Assembly (NCBI GenBank): GCA_963806185.1
Contig: CAWDXE010000007.1
Span: forward strand, 288,001 to 352,000
Direction of reading: 5' to 3'
DNA length: 64,000 nt
Origin: an uncultured candidate division Zixibacteria bacterium
Lineage (GTDB): Bacteria > Zixibacteria > MSB-5A5 > GN15 > FEB-12
The position numbers were made by a program, and so were the translations under genes. The notes under the pieces were generated by a model. The model saw only the letters and a list, made by a program, of their open reading frames with translations. It was not told where the DNA came from and did not search any database. Of the stretch, positions 19,593-29,727 are shown in pieces (within the stretch, counting starts at the first letter, position 1; every line of letters starts with the position of its first letter).

Positions 19593-21199
19593 TGACCACG
19601 CGTATCCTCATGGCAATCATGTGCGTTGTCTGCGCGACGATCTCTGCCTATGGCCAGACACCGGTGGCTGTGTCCTACCTCTCGGCTGACCACGTCTACC
19701 TGAGCGGTGGACGAGCGGAGGGGCTGCAGCTTGGCCAGCAGGTCATCGTTCTTCGAGAAGGAAAAGTAGTGGCAACGCTCGAAGTAGTGTACCTCGCCGA
19801 TCACTCTGCTTCCTGTACAATTGTCGAATCAAAGGGTGCGATCCAGACTGGAGATTTGGTCGACATTCCAATTCCGGCTTCTGGTGATTCAGCCGCTACG
19901 AGCACTACCGCGACCGACTCAACTGCCGTTGTTCCGCCCAAAGTCGAGTCTACACCTGCGCCAGTTTCCGCACGTACGACTCCCCGGCCCGATATCTGGG
20001 GTAGTCTCGCGATCGGCGCGCTTGGCTGGCGCGACAAGGACTCCGACGATCGCGATTACACCCAATCGAATGTCCGACTGAATCTGCGTACCCGGCATCT
20101 GATGAACGACCGGTTGACGTTGTCCTTGCGGTCACGAGGGCGGTACGACGAGCGGAATCGAACATACCGTTCCGCTGCCGATTCACGCGTCTGGCTGAAT
20201 CGACTGTATGAAATGTCGGCGGCGTACCAATCGGAGGATAAGCATTGGCGTGCGAGTTTCGGTCGTATGCCGATTCGCAGCGTCGCCGCTTTAGGAGTGC
20301 TGGACGGCCTTGTTGTCGAACGCGACCTCAGCGGCTCTTTCTCGCTCGGCGCGTTTGGCGGCCTGCAGCCGCAGTGGCAGTACAGCGAAGGACGGGCATC
20401 CCTCAGCCGCTTTGGCATCATGAGTGAGTTCCGACAGACTTTCGGTGAGGTGTCATGGAAGTCGTCCGCCGCCCTTTTGCGTGAGTATCACAGTGGCGAG
20501 ATTAACCGCGACGCCCTCATGCTGCAGAGCTATGCCGGTAGTCGCGACCGATGGCAAGCCTCTTTGCTGGCTGAATTCGACTACAATTCCGGATGGCGAA
20601 AAGTACGCAGCGGCTCAACCTTCACGCTGTCCTCCGTATACGCCTACCTGCGCTATCGGGTGATCGAGGGACTCTCCATCAACACCAACTACGGCAGTCG
20701 TCAAACCGTCTGGCTATGGGACTATCGGGATATCGCCGATACCTTGCTCGACGAGCGCACGCGTCGCTGGTCGCGAGTCGGCATCGACCTTTCCCCCTCG
20801 ACTCGATGGGCGCTTGGCGGCACCGTTGGCGCCTACTTTCAGGATGCACGGAGTCGTCGCCAGCTATCCAGTACGGTCTACGGCCGCCTCAATCGGCTGT
20901 GGGACCCGCGATCTACCTTCTGGTCGCAGTACACGATGAGCGAGGGAATCGGCGAAAGGGCGCATACCTATTCCGTTCGAATTACCCAGGGTTTCCGCCG
21001 CCTCGATCAGTTTAGTGTGGCATTTGGTGAGAATTCATATAAGGTTACAGACGCGGACCGACGGAGCAGTTGGTGGGCAGAGGGCGAATTGCAGAACGAA
21101 CTGGTCGACCGGGTAATGCTCCGCCTTCGCTATCGACATGCCGCAGGCGATGATTTGCGCGGCAGTCAATTTGAGACGGAATTGGGATATCGTTTCTAA
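19592..21199 (+). CDS. Outer-membrane beta-barrel (porin-like) protein with a small N-terminal beta domain
   Basis: Signal peptide, Pro/Thr linker, alternating beta pattern, C-terminal ELGYRF beta-signal; ATG overlaps previous stop. Confidence 0.75.
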   Translation: MTTRILMAIMCVVCATISAYGQTPVAVSYLSADHVYLSGGRAEGLQLGQQVIVLREGKVVATLEVVYLADHSASCTIVESKGAIQTGDLVDIPIPASGDSAATSTTATDSTAVVPPKVESTPAPVSARTTPRPDIWGSLAIGALGWRDKDSDDRDYTQSNVRLNLRTRHLMNDRLTLSLRSRGRYDERNRTYRSAADSRVWLNRLYEMSAAYQSEDKHWRASFGRMPIRSVAALGVLDGLVVERDLSGSFSLGAFGGLQPQWQYSEGRASLSRFGIMSEFRQTFGEVSWKSSAALLREYHSGEINRDALMLQSYAGSRDRWQASLLAEFDYNSGWRKVRSGSTFTLSSVYAYLRYRVIEGLSINTNYGSRQTVWLWDYRDIADTLLDERTRRWSRVGIDLSPSTRWALGGTVGAYFQDARSRRQLSSTVYGRLNRLWDPRSTFWSQYTMSEGIGERAHTYSVRITQGFRRLDQFSVAFGENSYKVTDADRRSSWWAEGELQNELVDRVMLRLRYRHAAGDDLRGSQFETELGYRF

Positions 21200-21219
21200 C
21201 TGTTCGAGCGTATAAACCG

Positions 21220-22566
21220 GTGATGGATTCCTACCTGATTTGGATTGCCGCGGGTGCACTGGTACTCATCGTTTTCGTCCCTTACTTCATCAGCTTTCGG
21301 AAGGAGCGTAAGGCGGCTGAGTTGCGCAAGAAAGAAGCAGCTCACCTCGGCCTCGATCAAGCGCGGGCACAGTTTCCCTTTATCGACAGTGGCATGTGTA
21401 TTGGCTGCGGTTCCTGCGTAAGCGCCTGCCCAGAGGGTGATGTACTGGGAGTTGTGTTCGGCACCGCTGCGGTCATAAATGGTGAGCGGTGTGTCGGCCA
21501 CGGCTACTGTGAGACAGCCTGCCCGGTCGGTGCTATTCACGTCGGGCTTGGTGATCTCTCCTCGCGGCCCGATGTCCCCCTGCTTACCGAGAATCAGGAG
21601 ACAACCGTTCGCGGGCTCTACATTTCAGGGGAACTGAGCGGACTCTCACTCATTCGCAATGCCATCGCCCAGGGTGCGACCGCCGTCGATCATATTGCCA
21701 GGTCCGGCAAGCAGCAACTTTCGGACGTATTTGACGTGGTGATTGTCGGCGCCGGTCCGGCGGGAATGAGCGCCGCCTTGACCGCCAGAAAACACAATCT
21801 CTCATACCTCGTACTTGAGGAACTGGGGATAGGTGGAACAATTCTCCACTATCCGAGAGCCAAACTGGTCATGACACAACCGGTCGAGATACCGCTTTAT
21901 GGCTGGCTCAAGCAGGAAGAGTACAGTAAAGAAGTCCTGATGACGACATGGCAGGAAATAGCCGCCCGGTTTTCGCTGAAAATTCACACCGGTGAGCGTG
22001 TCGAACAAGTCCAGAAGCAGGGTGATGTCTTTACGGTCCTGACAAGTCTCGACGCGTATCGCGCGCGTAACGTCGTCCTTGCGATGGGGCGCCGGGGAAC
22101 TCCCCGACGACTTGATGTCCCGGGCGAAGACCTCCCCAAGGTCCTGTATTCACTCATTGACGCACAGAGTTACCGCAACTCCCACGTCCTGGTAGTCGGC
22201 GGTGGCGACAGCGCGGTCGAAGCAGCCGTCGGTCTGGCCCGTCAGCCCGGCAATACAGTGACCATTTCATACCGCAAGACGAGCTTCTTCCGCGTGAAAA
22301 AGAAGAACGAGGATCGTATCAACCAGCTCATCGCCCAGCGGAAGGTCAGGCCGATTTTTGAGTCCCAGGTCCGCGATATCTCGCCGGGATCGGTTCTCCT
22401 CGCCACGCCCCAGGGAGAGTATCCGGTTCCCAACGACGCGATTTTCGTCTTCATCGGGGGAATTCCGCCATTTGATATGTTGAAGGCGATGGGTATCGAA
22501 TTCGGTGGCAAGCCGAAGACTATGCGTGACGAATTAAAGCCCCGTAATGCCGCTCTGGCGCGATAA
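21220..22566 (+). CDS. Membrane-anchored 4Fe-4S ferredoxin fused to a TrxR/FNR-like FAD/NAD(P)H oxidoreductase
   Basis: N-terminal TM; CIGCGSCVSACP and CVGHGYCETACP; GAGPAG; GGGDSAVE; YRK. Confidence 0.85.
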   Translation: MMDSYLIWIAAGALVLIVFVPYFISFRKERKAAELRKKEAAHLGLDQARAQFPFIDSGMCIGCGSCVSACPEGDVLGVVFGTAAVINGERCVGHGYCETACPVGAIHVGLGDLSSRPDVPLLTENQETTVRGLYISGELSGLSLIRNAIAQGATAVDHIARSGKQQLSDVFDVVIVGAGPAGMSAALTARKHNLSYLVLEELGIGGTILHYPRAKLVMTQPVEIPLYGWLKQEEYSKEVLMTTWQEIAARFSLKIHTGERVEQVQKQGDVFTVLTSLDAYRARNVVLAMGRRGTPRRLDVPGEDLPKVLYSLIDAQSYRNSHVLVVGGGDSAVEAAVGLARQPGNTVTISYRKTSFFRVKKKNEDRINQLIAQRKVRPIFESQVRDISPGSVLLATPQGEYPVPNDAIFVFIGGIPPFDMLKAMGIEFGGKPKTMRDELKPRNAALAR

Positions 22567-22584
22567 CTCTTTCTGATTTCCGCT

Positions 22585-23337
22585 CTACAGCGGATGATTC
22601 ATCCAGACATTGGGCTCGACATACACGCCACGGTCGCGATCTCGATCAATAGTGATCGGATTTAGAGCACCAGCGACCACGTAGTCTCCCGATTCGGGGA
22701 ATTTTATTTTTGTCCAGGATTCCCACTGGGCAATCGTTCCGGATATTTCCATCGAACGGTGACACGGCTTGACGATTCGGGCGCCGTCCAGTTCGTGTAT
22801 CCTGATCCACGGATCGAACGCCGAATTATCTTCACGGCGCCAGGTAACGTACCGGTCGATCGGGGTCAGGGGATAGAGTGGTTTCAGGTTCGGCCGGACG
22901 GGCGCGATGAGTTGCTTCAACCGATTGGTACGGCCGATCTCCTTCATATAATGTAGCATTTGTCGGCTGAGTCCCTGGCCGCGAAGGTCCGGCTTAATCA
23001 CGATTTGCAGGGCGCAGAGCGTCCGAGGCTGCAGGTTGGACCGTGCGTCGTCGACTCCCTGCTCCAGCGCCCAATCCCATCCTTCTTCCGGCAACGATCC
23101 GAGATCGTCGGCCCAATGCAAAGGAAGGCAATTGGCGGCAGCCACAATCTCACCTGAACCGGGATCCAGCATCTGAAATTGGTACTCCAGAAAGGCTTCA
23201 AAGAGCACCTTGAACAATCGATTGGCTATCGGATCTTCGTTCATGAAGGGCGGCCACAGGGGGCTCGTAAACTTATTGATCGGAAGCAACTCGGGTCGCT
23301 CCGCGCTCGTGACAATCGGTCCGTAATTTGTAGCCAT
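22585..23337 (-). CDS. GNAT-like hypothetical protein
   Basis: LCALQIVI.PDLRGQGLS; APVRP.LK..YPL; FDPWIR.H. Confidence 0.75.
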   Translation of the reverse strand: MATNYGPIVTSAERPELLPINKFTSPLWPPFMNEDPIANRLFKVLFEAFLEYQFQMLDPGSGEIVAAANCLPLHWADDLGSLPEEGWDWALEQGVDDARSNLQPRTLCALQIVIKPDLRGQGLSRQMLHYMKEIGRTNRLKQLIAPVRPNLKPLYPLTPIDRYVTWRREDNSAFDPWIRIHELDGARIVKPCHRSMEISGTIAQWESWTKIKFPESGDYVVAGALNPITIDRDRDRGVYVEPNVWMNHPL

Positions 23338-23412
23338 AGGCGGACAAGAAATATGAGGCAACTCGATCTGTCAATGTGATTTGCGACTTTCTCACCTTGT
23401 GATACGATTCCT

Positions 23413-23437
23413 GGAACTTTGTCCCGAATGACTCGTT
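23413..23437 (+). promoter_or_regulatory. ECF-sigma-type promoter of the RND operon
   Basis: GGAAC-N16-CGTT. Confidence 0.5.
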
Positions 23438-23524
23438 ACACACAGAACTAAACATAGACCAAAATCAACCGCGTTAGGTGTACAGATCAAGAATGCCAGT
23501 AATCGACCTGTTTCCGGGGGTGGC

Positions 23525-25135
23525 ATGAACGCCCTGCAGCAGAGCTACGCAACCTTATGCCGACCCGGCCTTATGGCCGCCTTGTTGGCCATCGGTATTG
23601 CCGTGTCAGCCCGGGCTGACACACTTAACTTTCCCACCAATCTGGATAGCGCTCTCTCGGTAACTTTGACCGGATTCGCCGGAACGCCGATATCGCTGTC
23701 TGAATCACAGGCCAAGGCCATGCAGCAGGCCACAGCGGTTCGCGAGGCCGAAGCCGCGCTTCGGGCTGCCGAGGGTGCGCGACGCCGCGAGCGGGGATCT
23801 TTTGACCCGGAGCTATTTGCCGATATTCGCAAATCTCGAGCCGACGAACCGGCTGCGTCTGCGTTCGCTGGAGCCAACGTCGTCAATTCCGATCAGACTG
23901 TAACGTCGACCGGGGTCCAATGGCAGCTTCCATTCGGTACTCGATTCGAGGCGGCTCTCAATGCCACCCGCCTCAAAACGAATTCGACCTTCAGCACGCT
24001 CAATCCTCAATACAGTGCTAACGGTTCTCTAACACTTGTTCAGCCACTCCTGCGGGGATTTGGGACTGCGGCTCAGGCGGAACTCAGCGCTACCGGTCGC
24101 GAGCGCGAAGCCGCTCAGACTCGCTACGATCTGGCTGTCGTATCAACGGCCGTAGACGTAGAGAATGCCTACTGGGATCTCTTTGCCGCCGAGCGGGATC
24201 TTGCGGTCCAAATGCTTGTGCGTGAACAGGCGCAGGTGCTTCTGGATGAAGCCCGCATTCGGGCGGCGGCCGGGTTGGTGGGTCCTAACGAGGAAGCAAC
24301 GGCTCAGGTTTTTCTGGCCGAACAGGATCAGGCTGTCCTTGATAGGGAAGAAGCCCTGGACCGTGCGTCAAATTCCTTCGCCTCCCTCATTGGCAGTCGC
24401 CCCAGCCAGGGCCAAATTCCCCGGTTTCGTCCGTCCGACAGCCCACCGCTTGAGGTTCCCAGATTCGGCGACGTTGAATCGCTGGTCAAAGCCGCCATGG
24501 CACGAAGTCATTACGTGCGCTCCGCGGAACTGGCTCTCGACGCGAGCCGCGTCCGGTACAAGGGGGCCAAATGGAACGCACTCCCCCAACTCGATCTCAT
24601 CGGCGCGATTGGTGGAAGCGGCCTGGCTGGTGAGGCCCAGCAAGTGATTTTCGGAACCGACACGTTGACTTCTGCCTTCGGTGGGAGTTCGGGCGATGCG
24701 GTGAGCGACGTGTTCAAACGATCGTATCCGAGCTGGACGGTTGGCGTACGCTTCTCCTTGCCGATTTTTCTCCGCCATGGTCGCGGCGAACGCGACCGCT
24801 TGCGCGGAGAGACCGATCAAGCCGAACAACAGCTGATCGCCGTCAAACGATCTGTCGAAGAGCAAGTGTACAATCGATATCAGGAGCTTGATCACGCTCG
24901 CCGCCGACTTGAGGCGGCCAGGACAGGTGTGACCGCTTCGCAGGAACAAGTGCGCATTGGGGGTCTCGAATACTCTGCCGGCCGAACCACGGCGTTCGAG
25001 CTGGTTCGCCTGGGCGCCGATCTGGCCAGCGCCCAGCAACGCTATTCTCAGGCGCTGGTTCGCGCCGCCAAGGCTTCAGCGGAATTGCGCCGTCTTCTGG
25101 CCGGCAGTCTCGATCAGGAAACAAGAAAACTCTGA
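23525..25135 (+). CDS. TolC-family outer-membrane efflux protein
   Basis: Signal peptide; two OEP repeats (QPLLRGFG, AYWDL, LPQLDL, Y.AG..T.FEL). Confidence 0.9.
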   Translation: MNALQQSYATLCRPGLMAALLAIGIAVSARADTLNFPTNLDSALSVTLTGFAGTPISLSESQAKAMQQATAVREAEAALRAAEGARRRERGSFDPELFADIRKSRADEPAASAFAGANVVNSDQTVTSTGVQWQLPFGTRFEAALNATRLKTNSTFSTLNPQYSANGSLTLVQPLLRGFGTAAQAELSATGREREAAQTRYDLAVVSTAVDVENAYWDLFAAERDLAVQMLVREQAQVLLDEARIRAAAGLVGPNEEATAQVFLAEQDQAVLDREEALDRASNSFASLIGSRPSQGQIPRFRPSDSPPLEVPRFGDVESLVKAAMARSHYVRSAELALDASRVRYKGAKWNALPQLDLIGAIGGSGLAGEAQQVIFGTDTLTSAFGGSSGDAVSDVFKRSYPSWTVGVRFSLPIFLRHGRGERDRLRGETDQAEQQLIAVKRSVEEQVYNRYQELDHARRRLEAARTGVTASQEQVRIGGLEYSAGRTTAFELVRLGADLASAQQRYSQALVRAAKASAELRRLLAGSLDQETRKL

Positions 25136-25145
25136 GGTTATAGAG

Positions 25146-26258
25146 ATGATGCAGACTAAATCACTTGGCCGTTGGCCCCTATTGCTTTTGGCGTCGGCCG
25201 CCGCCTTCACGGTGACGAATTGTTCCACTGATCAGGCATCCGCGGACGGCGGTGGAATGAAATTCCCACCAATGCCCGTTGAGGTGGCCGAAGTCGCCAA
25301 ATCCGGTATGGTCGATCGCTTCGAAGCGGTCGGCAATATTGACGCCGTCGATCGCATTACGGTCGTCTCCGAGGTCGATGCCATCGTTAAGTCACTGCCC
25401 TTTCATGAGGGTGTGGCGGTGAGTGCGGGTGATGTCATCGCGCAGCTTGACGACGAGCAACTCCAGGCGCAAAAAGTCAGCGCCGAAGCAGTACTCAGCC
25501 AGCGCAAACTCAACTATGAACGGATCAAGTCCATTGTCGAGCAGAAGGCCGGTGCACCGCAGGCGTTGGATGATGCTCAGGCGGCCTATAGAGTCGCCGA
25601 GGCCGATCTGGCTGTGGTTGAAGCGCGGCTGAAAAAGACGCGCATCACCGCGCCGTTCAGCGGCGTGCTCGGTACGCGACGCGTCTCGCCGGGAGCGTTC
25701 CTTCGCGCCGGCAGTGAAATCACCGATCTGTCACGACTCAGCGAACTCAAGGTGACCTTTGCGGCGCCGGAGCGGTATCTCACTTCGTTGCGTCGGGGTG
25801 CCAATGTGGTGGTGACCACACCGGCTCTTCCGGATACGAAACTCGAGGGGACCATTGCTGTCGTCGAGCCGGTCGTCGATTCCATTACGCGAAGCGTCAG
25901 GCTGACCGCCCATGTGGACAATCCGGAACAGATGCTTCGCCCCGGCATGTCGGCCAACGTGTCAGCCGTGTTGGATGAACGAACCGACGCGTTGGTTGTG
26001 CCCGATGAAGCGGTTTTTGTCGAAGGAGATCAGTCACTGGTCTTCGTCGTCAAGGATGACTCTACGGTCGCTCGCACGCCCATCCGTACGGGTACGCGGA
26101 CGGCGCAACTCGTGGAAGTAGTCAGCGGACTCTCCGTGGGACAGAAGGTCGTGCGCGCGGGACACCAGAAACTGTTTGAGGGGGCGAAAGTCATGCCGAT
26201 GTCGGCTGAACAGATGCAGGGGCAAGCTCAACCGTCGGCGCCCATGGGAGCCCGGTAA
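25146..26258 (+). CDS. RND periplasmic adaptor (MFP)
   Basis: Lipoyl/hairpin pattern, ITAPFSG, LRPGMSA. Confidence 0.92.
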   Translation: MMQTKSLGRWPLLLLASAAAFTVTNCSTDQASADGGGMKFPPMPVEVAEVAKSGMVDRFEAVGNIDAVDRITVVSEVDAIVKSLPFHEGVAVSAGDVIAQLDDEQLQAQKVSAEAVLSQRKLNYERIKSIVEQKAGAPQALDDAQAAYRVAEADLAVVEARLKKTRITAPFSGVLGTRRVSPGAFLRAGSEITDLSRLSELKVTFAAPERYLTSLRRGANVVVTTPALPDTKLEGTIAVVEPVVDSITRSVRLTAHVDNPEQMLRPGMSANVSAVLDERTDALVVPDEAVFVEGDQSLVFVVKDDSTVARTPIRTGTRTAQLVEVVSGLSVGQKVVRAGHQKLFEGAKVMPMSAEQMQGQAQPSAPMGAR

Positions 26259-29200
26259 TGAAAATAAGTGAACTCTCCATCCGACGTCCTGTCTTTGCCA
26301 CCGTACTCTCGCTGGCCATCGTCCTGTTCGGACTGGTTGCGTTTCTTCGCCTCCCCGTTCGCGAGTACCCGGATATTGATTCGCCGATCGTCTCCATCAC
26401 CACTTTGTATCGTGGCGCCAGTCCGAGTGTCGTTGAAAACGAAGTCACGGACATTCTCGAAGAGCAATTGTCCACTGTCGAAGGCATAAAGTCCATCAGC
26501 TCCTCGAGCCTTGAGCAGGGCTCGGTAGTGACAGTCGAATTTGAGCTCGGTCGAAATGTCGATGAGGCGGCCAATGACGTGCGCGATCGCGTCTCGCGAA
26601 TTCGCGGATCACTGCCACAGGAAGTTGACGAACCGATTGTGGAAAAGGTCGACGTCAACGCCCAGCCGATCATCTGGCTTTCGCTCCTGAGCGATCGTCA
26701 CAGTATTCTCGAATTGTCCGATGTCGCCGATCGCATCATGAAGGAGCGCATTCAGCGTTTGCCGGGCGTCGGCTCGGTCTTCATCGGCGGCGAGCGGCGT
26801 TATTCGATGCGCGTCTGGCTCGACCCTCACCGGATGGCCGCCCGCGGCGTCACCGCCAGCGACGTCGAGAATGCGATCCGCCAGGAAAACGTTGAAATAC
26901 CCGGGGGACGTGTTGAGGGACAGGGGCGTGAATTCTCCGTGCGAACGCGAGGTGATCTGGCCACGCCCGAAGAGTTCGCTGCTCATGATCGTTAAGCAGG
27001 AGAACGGTGACCTGGTGAAACTTGGTGACGTCGCCGACGTTTCGCTGGGCGCGGAGGATGATCGTACGGCGGTGCGCTACAACGGCACGACATCAGTTGG
27101 CCTCGGTATCGTTAAGCAGTCGCGGGCGAGCACACTCGACGTCGCCCATGCGGTGACCGCCGCTCTGCCGGAACTTCAGAAGATTCTCCCTGACGGCATG
27201 AAGATTCAGATGGCGTTCAATTCGGCGGAGTTTATTGAATCATCAATCAATGAAGTGAGTGAGACCCTCATCATTGCGCTTTTCCTCGTGGTCTTTGTCA
27301 TCCTGGCCTTCCTCAAGAGTTTTCGGGCGACGATCATTCCGACCTTTGCTATTCCCGTATCGATCGTCGGCGCCTTTGCCGTCGCCTACTTCCTCGGCTT
27401 CACGGTCAATATCCTTACGCTATTGGCTTTGGTGCTGGCGATTGGACTTGTCGTAGATGACGCCATTGTCGTGCTTGAGAATATCTTCCGCCACATGGAG
27501 ATGGGGAAGTCACGTCGTCAGGCGGCGCTCGATGGTTCAAAGGAAATCGGCTTCGCCGTACTGGCGACCACCATTTCGTTGGTGGCCGTGTTCGTGCCGC
27601 TCGCCTTCCTGACCGGCAACGTCGGCCGCCTTTTCAACGAATTCGGAGTGATGGTGGCCACCGCCGTGTTGATCTCCGGTTTTGTGGCGCTCACTCTCAC
27701 GCCTATGCTCTGCGCCAAGATGCTTCGCCCTCTCCACGGAGGCAGCAAGAGCTGGGCTTCCCGATCCTTCGATAATTTCTTCGAATGGCTTGACAGGACC
27801 TATGAGAAGGTCCTCCGCGCCGCTTTGCGTCATCGCGCCATTTCTCTCTCCGTCGCCGTAGTCATCATGACGGCGATCGGCGGATTTCTGTACATTCTGC
27901 CCAGCGAGTTGGTGCCGACCGAGGATCGATCGGTAGCCTTCGGTTTTGTCATTGCTCCCGAAGGTGCGACGCTCGAATACACTGACCGGTACATGCGGCA
28001 GATCGAGAGCATTCTTATGAAAGTGCCGGAGCGAGAAGGGCGTCTTTTCAGCCACCGGTCTCGGCTTCGGCGGTCCCGGGCGCGTGACCAACGGCTTTGT
28101 CGTGCTCCTGCTCAAACCACAGAGCGAACGCAGTCGTTCTCAGCAGGAAATCGTGCAGACGCTTTTCCCGCAGTTGCTCGGCATTCCCGGGGTACTTGCC
28201 TTTCTCATTAACCCGCCCGCGCTGGGCGATTTCGGCGGAAGCCCGGTTGAATATGTGTTGCAGGGTGACACCTACGAAGAACTTCAGGCGGCCGTCGGTA
28301 CGATGATGGGCGAAGCGTCCAAGCTGGGCTATGCTCATCAACATGGATACCGATCTTCGTCTGAATAAACCGCAACTGGAAGTCACCATTGATCGCGAAC
28401 GGGCTGCGCAACTCGGCGTCTCGGTCCGTGAAATCGGCTCGACTCTCGAAACCATGCTCGGTGGGCGCGCGGTTACTAATTTCAAGCGGGCCGGCAAGCA
28501 GTACGACGTTATCGCCCAGCTCAAGCCGTCTGAGCGGGCCACGCCGGATATTATCAGTGAAACCTACGTCCGTGGAAAGTCGGGGTTGGTCCAGTTGGCC
28601 AACGTCGTCAACGTAAAAGAAAACGTCGCGCCCAAAGAGCTCAACCACTACAATCGCGTGCGCTCCGCCACGATTACTGCGTCGACTGTCCCCGGAGTCA
28701 GTTTGGGACAGGCCCTCAGCGCGTCTCGATCAAATCGCGGCCACCAAACTCCCGCCGAGCATTAAGACCGATCTGAAGGGTCAGTCACGCGAATTCCGAG
28801 ACTCCAGCTCAAGTTTGTACTTCCTGTTCCTGTTCGCGCTGGTCTTTATCTACCTGGTCCTGGCGGCCCAGTTTGAGAGCTTCATCCATCCGATGACGAT
28901 TCTGCTGGCGGTACCGCTGGCGGTCGCCGGTGCACTCGCCTCGTTGTTCATATTCAAGCAAACGATGAATATCTACTCGCAGATCGGGCTGATCATGCTC
29001 ATCGGGTTGGTGACCAAAAACTCGATTCTGATCGTGGAATTTGCCAACCAGCTTCGTGAACAAGGGCAGGAACTTGCCGAGGCGGTCATTTCCGCTTCGC
29101 GGATTCGTTTGCGACCGATTCTCATGACATCCTTCGCCACCATCTTCGGCATCCTGCCGATTGCCATCGGTTTCGGCGCCGGCGCCGAATCGCGGCGCCC

Positions 29201-29408
29201 GCTGGGCATTGCGGTGGTAGGAGGCATGGTGTTCTCCACGTTCCTTACGCTCGTACTGGTGCCGGTCGTCTATACGCTGTTGTCGAGAAAGAAGGTTAGG
29301 GCCGTGGAAACTGCAACCCATCCGGCGGTCCACAAGCCGGAACTGATTCAGCAGAATCGCCCGCCTGATCCGGCGCCCAATGCCGGGTATTTCGCCGCGC
29401 CGGAATGA
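26258..29408 (+). CDS. RND efflux permease (AcrB/MdtB family) with four +1 frameshifts (~26984, ~28040, ~28333, ~28724)
   Basis: IRRPVFA, GLVVDDAIVVLEN, GLVTKNSIL, RLRPILMT across five consecutive fragments; repaired length about 1048 aa. Confidence 0.85.
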
Positions 29409-29437
29409 AGGAATAGTCCCATCTTGCTCAAATAAGA

Positions 29438-29467
29438 ACGGGCGCTCTTTCGAGCGCCCGTCTTTTT
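29438..29467 (+). terminator. Rho-independent terminator
   Basis: ACGGGCGCTC-TTTC-GAGCGCCCGT then T-run. Confidence 0.85.
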
Positions 29468-29658
29468 GAGGATCTCTGTGAGGGTGAGATCCTTCGCGGT
29501 CCCCCGCCCCCCAGTGGAAACCTGGAGTGAAGACCGCTGCGCTGACAGTGAAGCGCGTCTTGGGACTTCATGAGCGCACCATCAATTTCGCAATGAATTG
29601 CCGATTACGCAATCGGTTTATTGTCATCCGTTGTATTGACAGAGTCTGTCTCTCCGGC

Positions 29659-29693
29659 AAAAGAATCGCCCCATCGCGCGAGGCGATGGGGCG
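29659..29693 (-). terminator. Terminator hairpin for the minus-strand lipoprotein gene
   Basis: CGCCCCATCGC-GCGAG-GCGATGGGGCG preceded by AAAAGAAT on +. Confidence 0.65.
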
Positions 29694-29727
29694 TGGTTCG
29701 CTCTACCTTGAGTAAGGCAGCCTCTCC

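Noticed and set aside
26258..29408. Programmed ribosomal frameshifting in the RND gene
   Set aside because: No slippery heptamers at the shift sites; four independent shifts in one permease is implausible.
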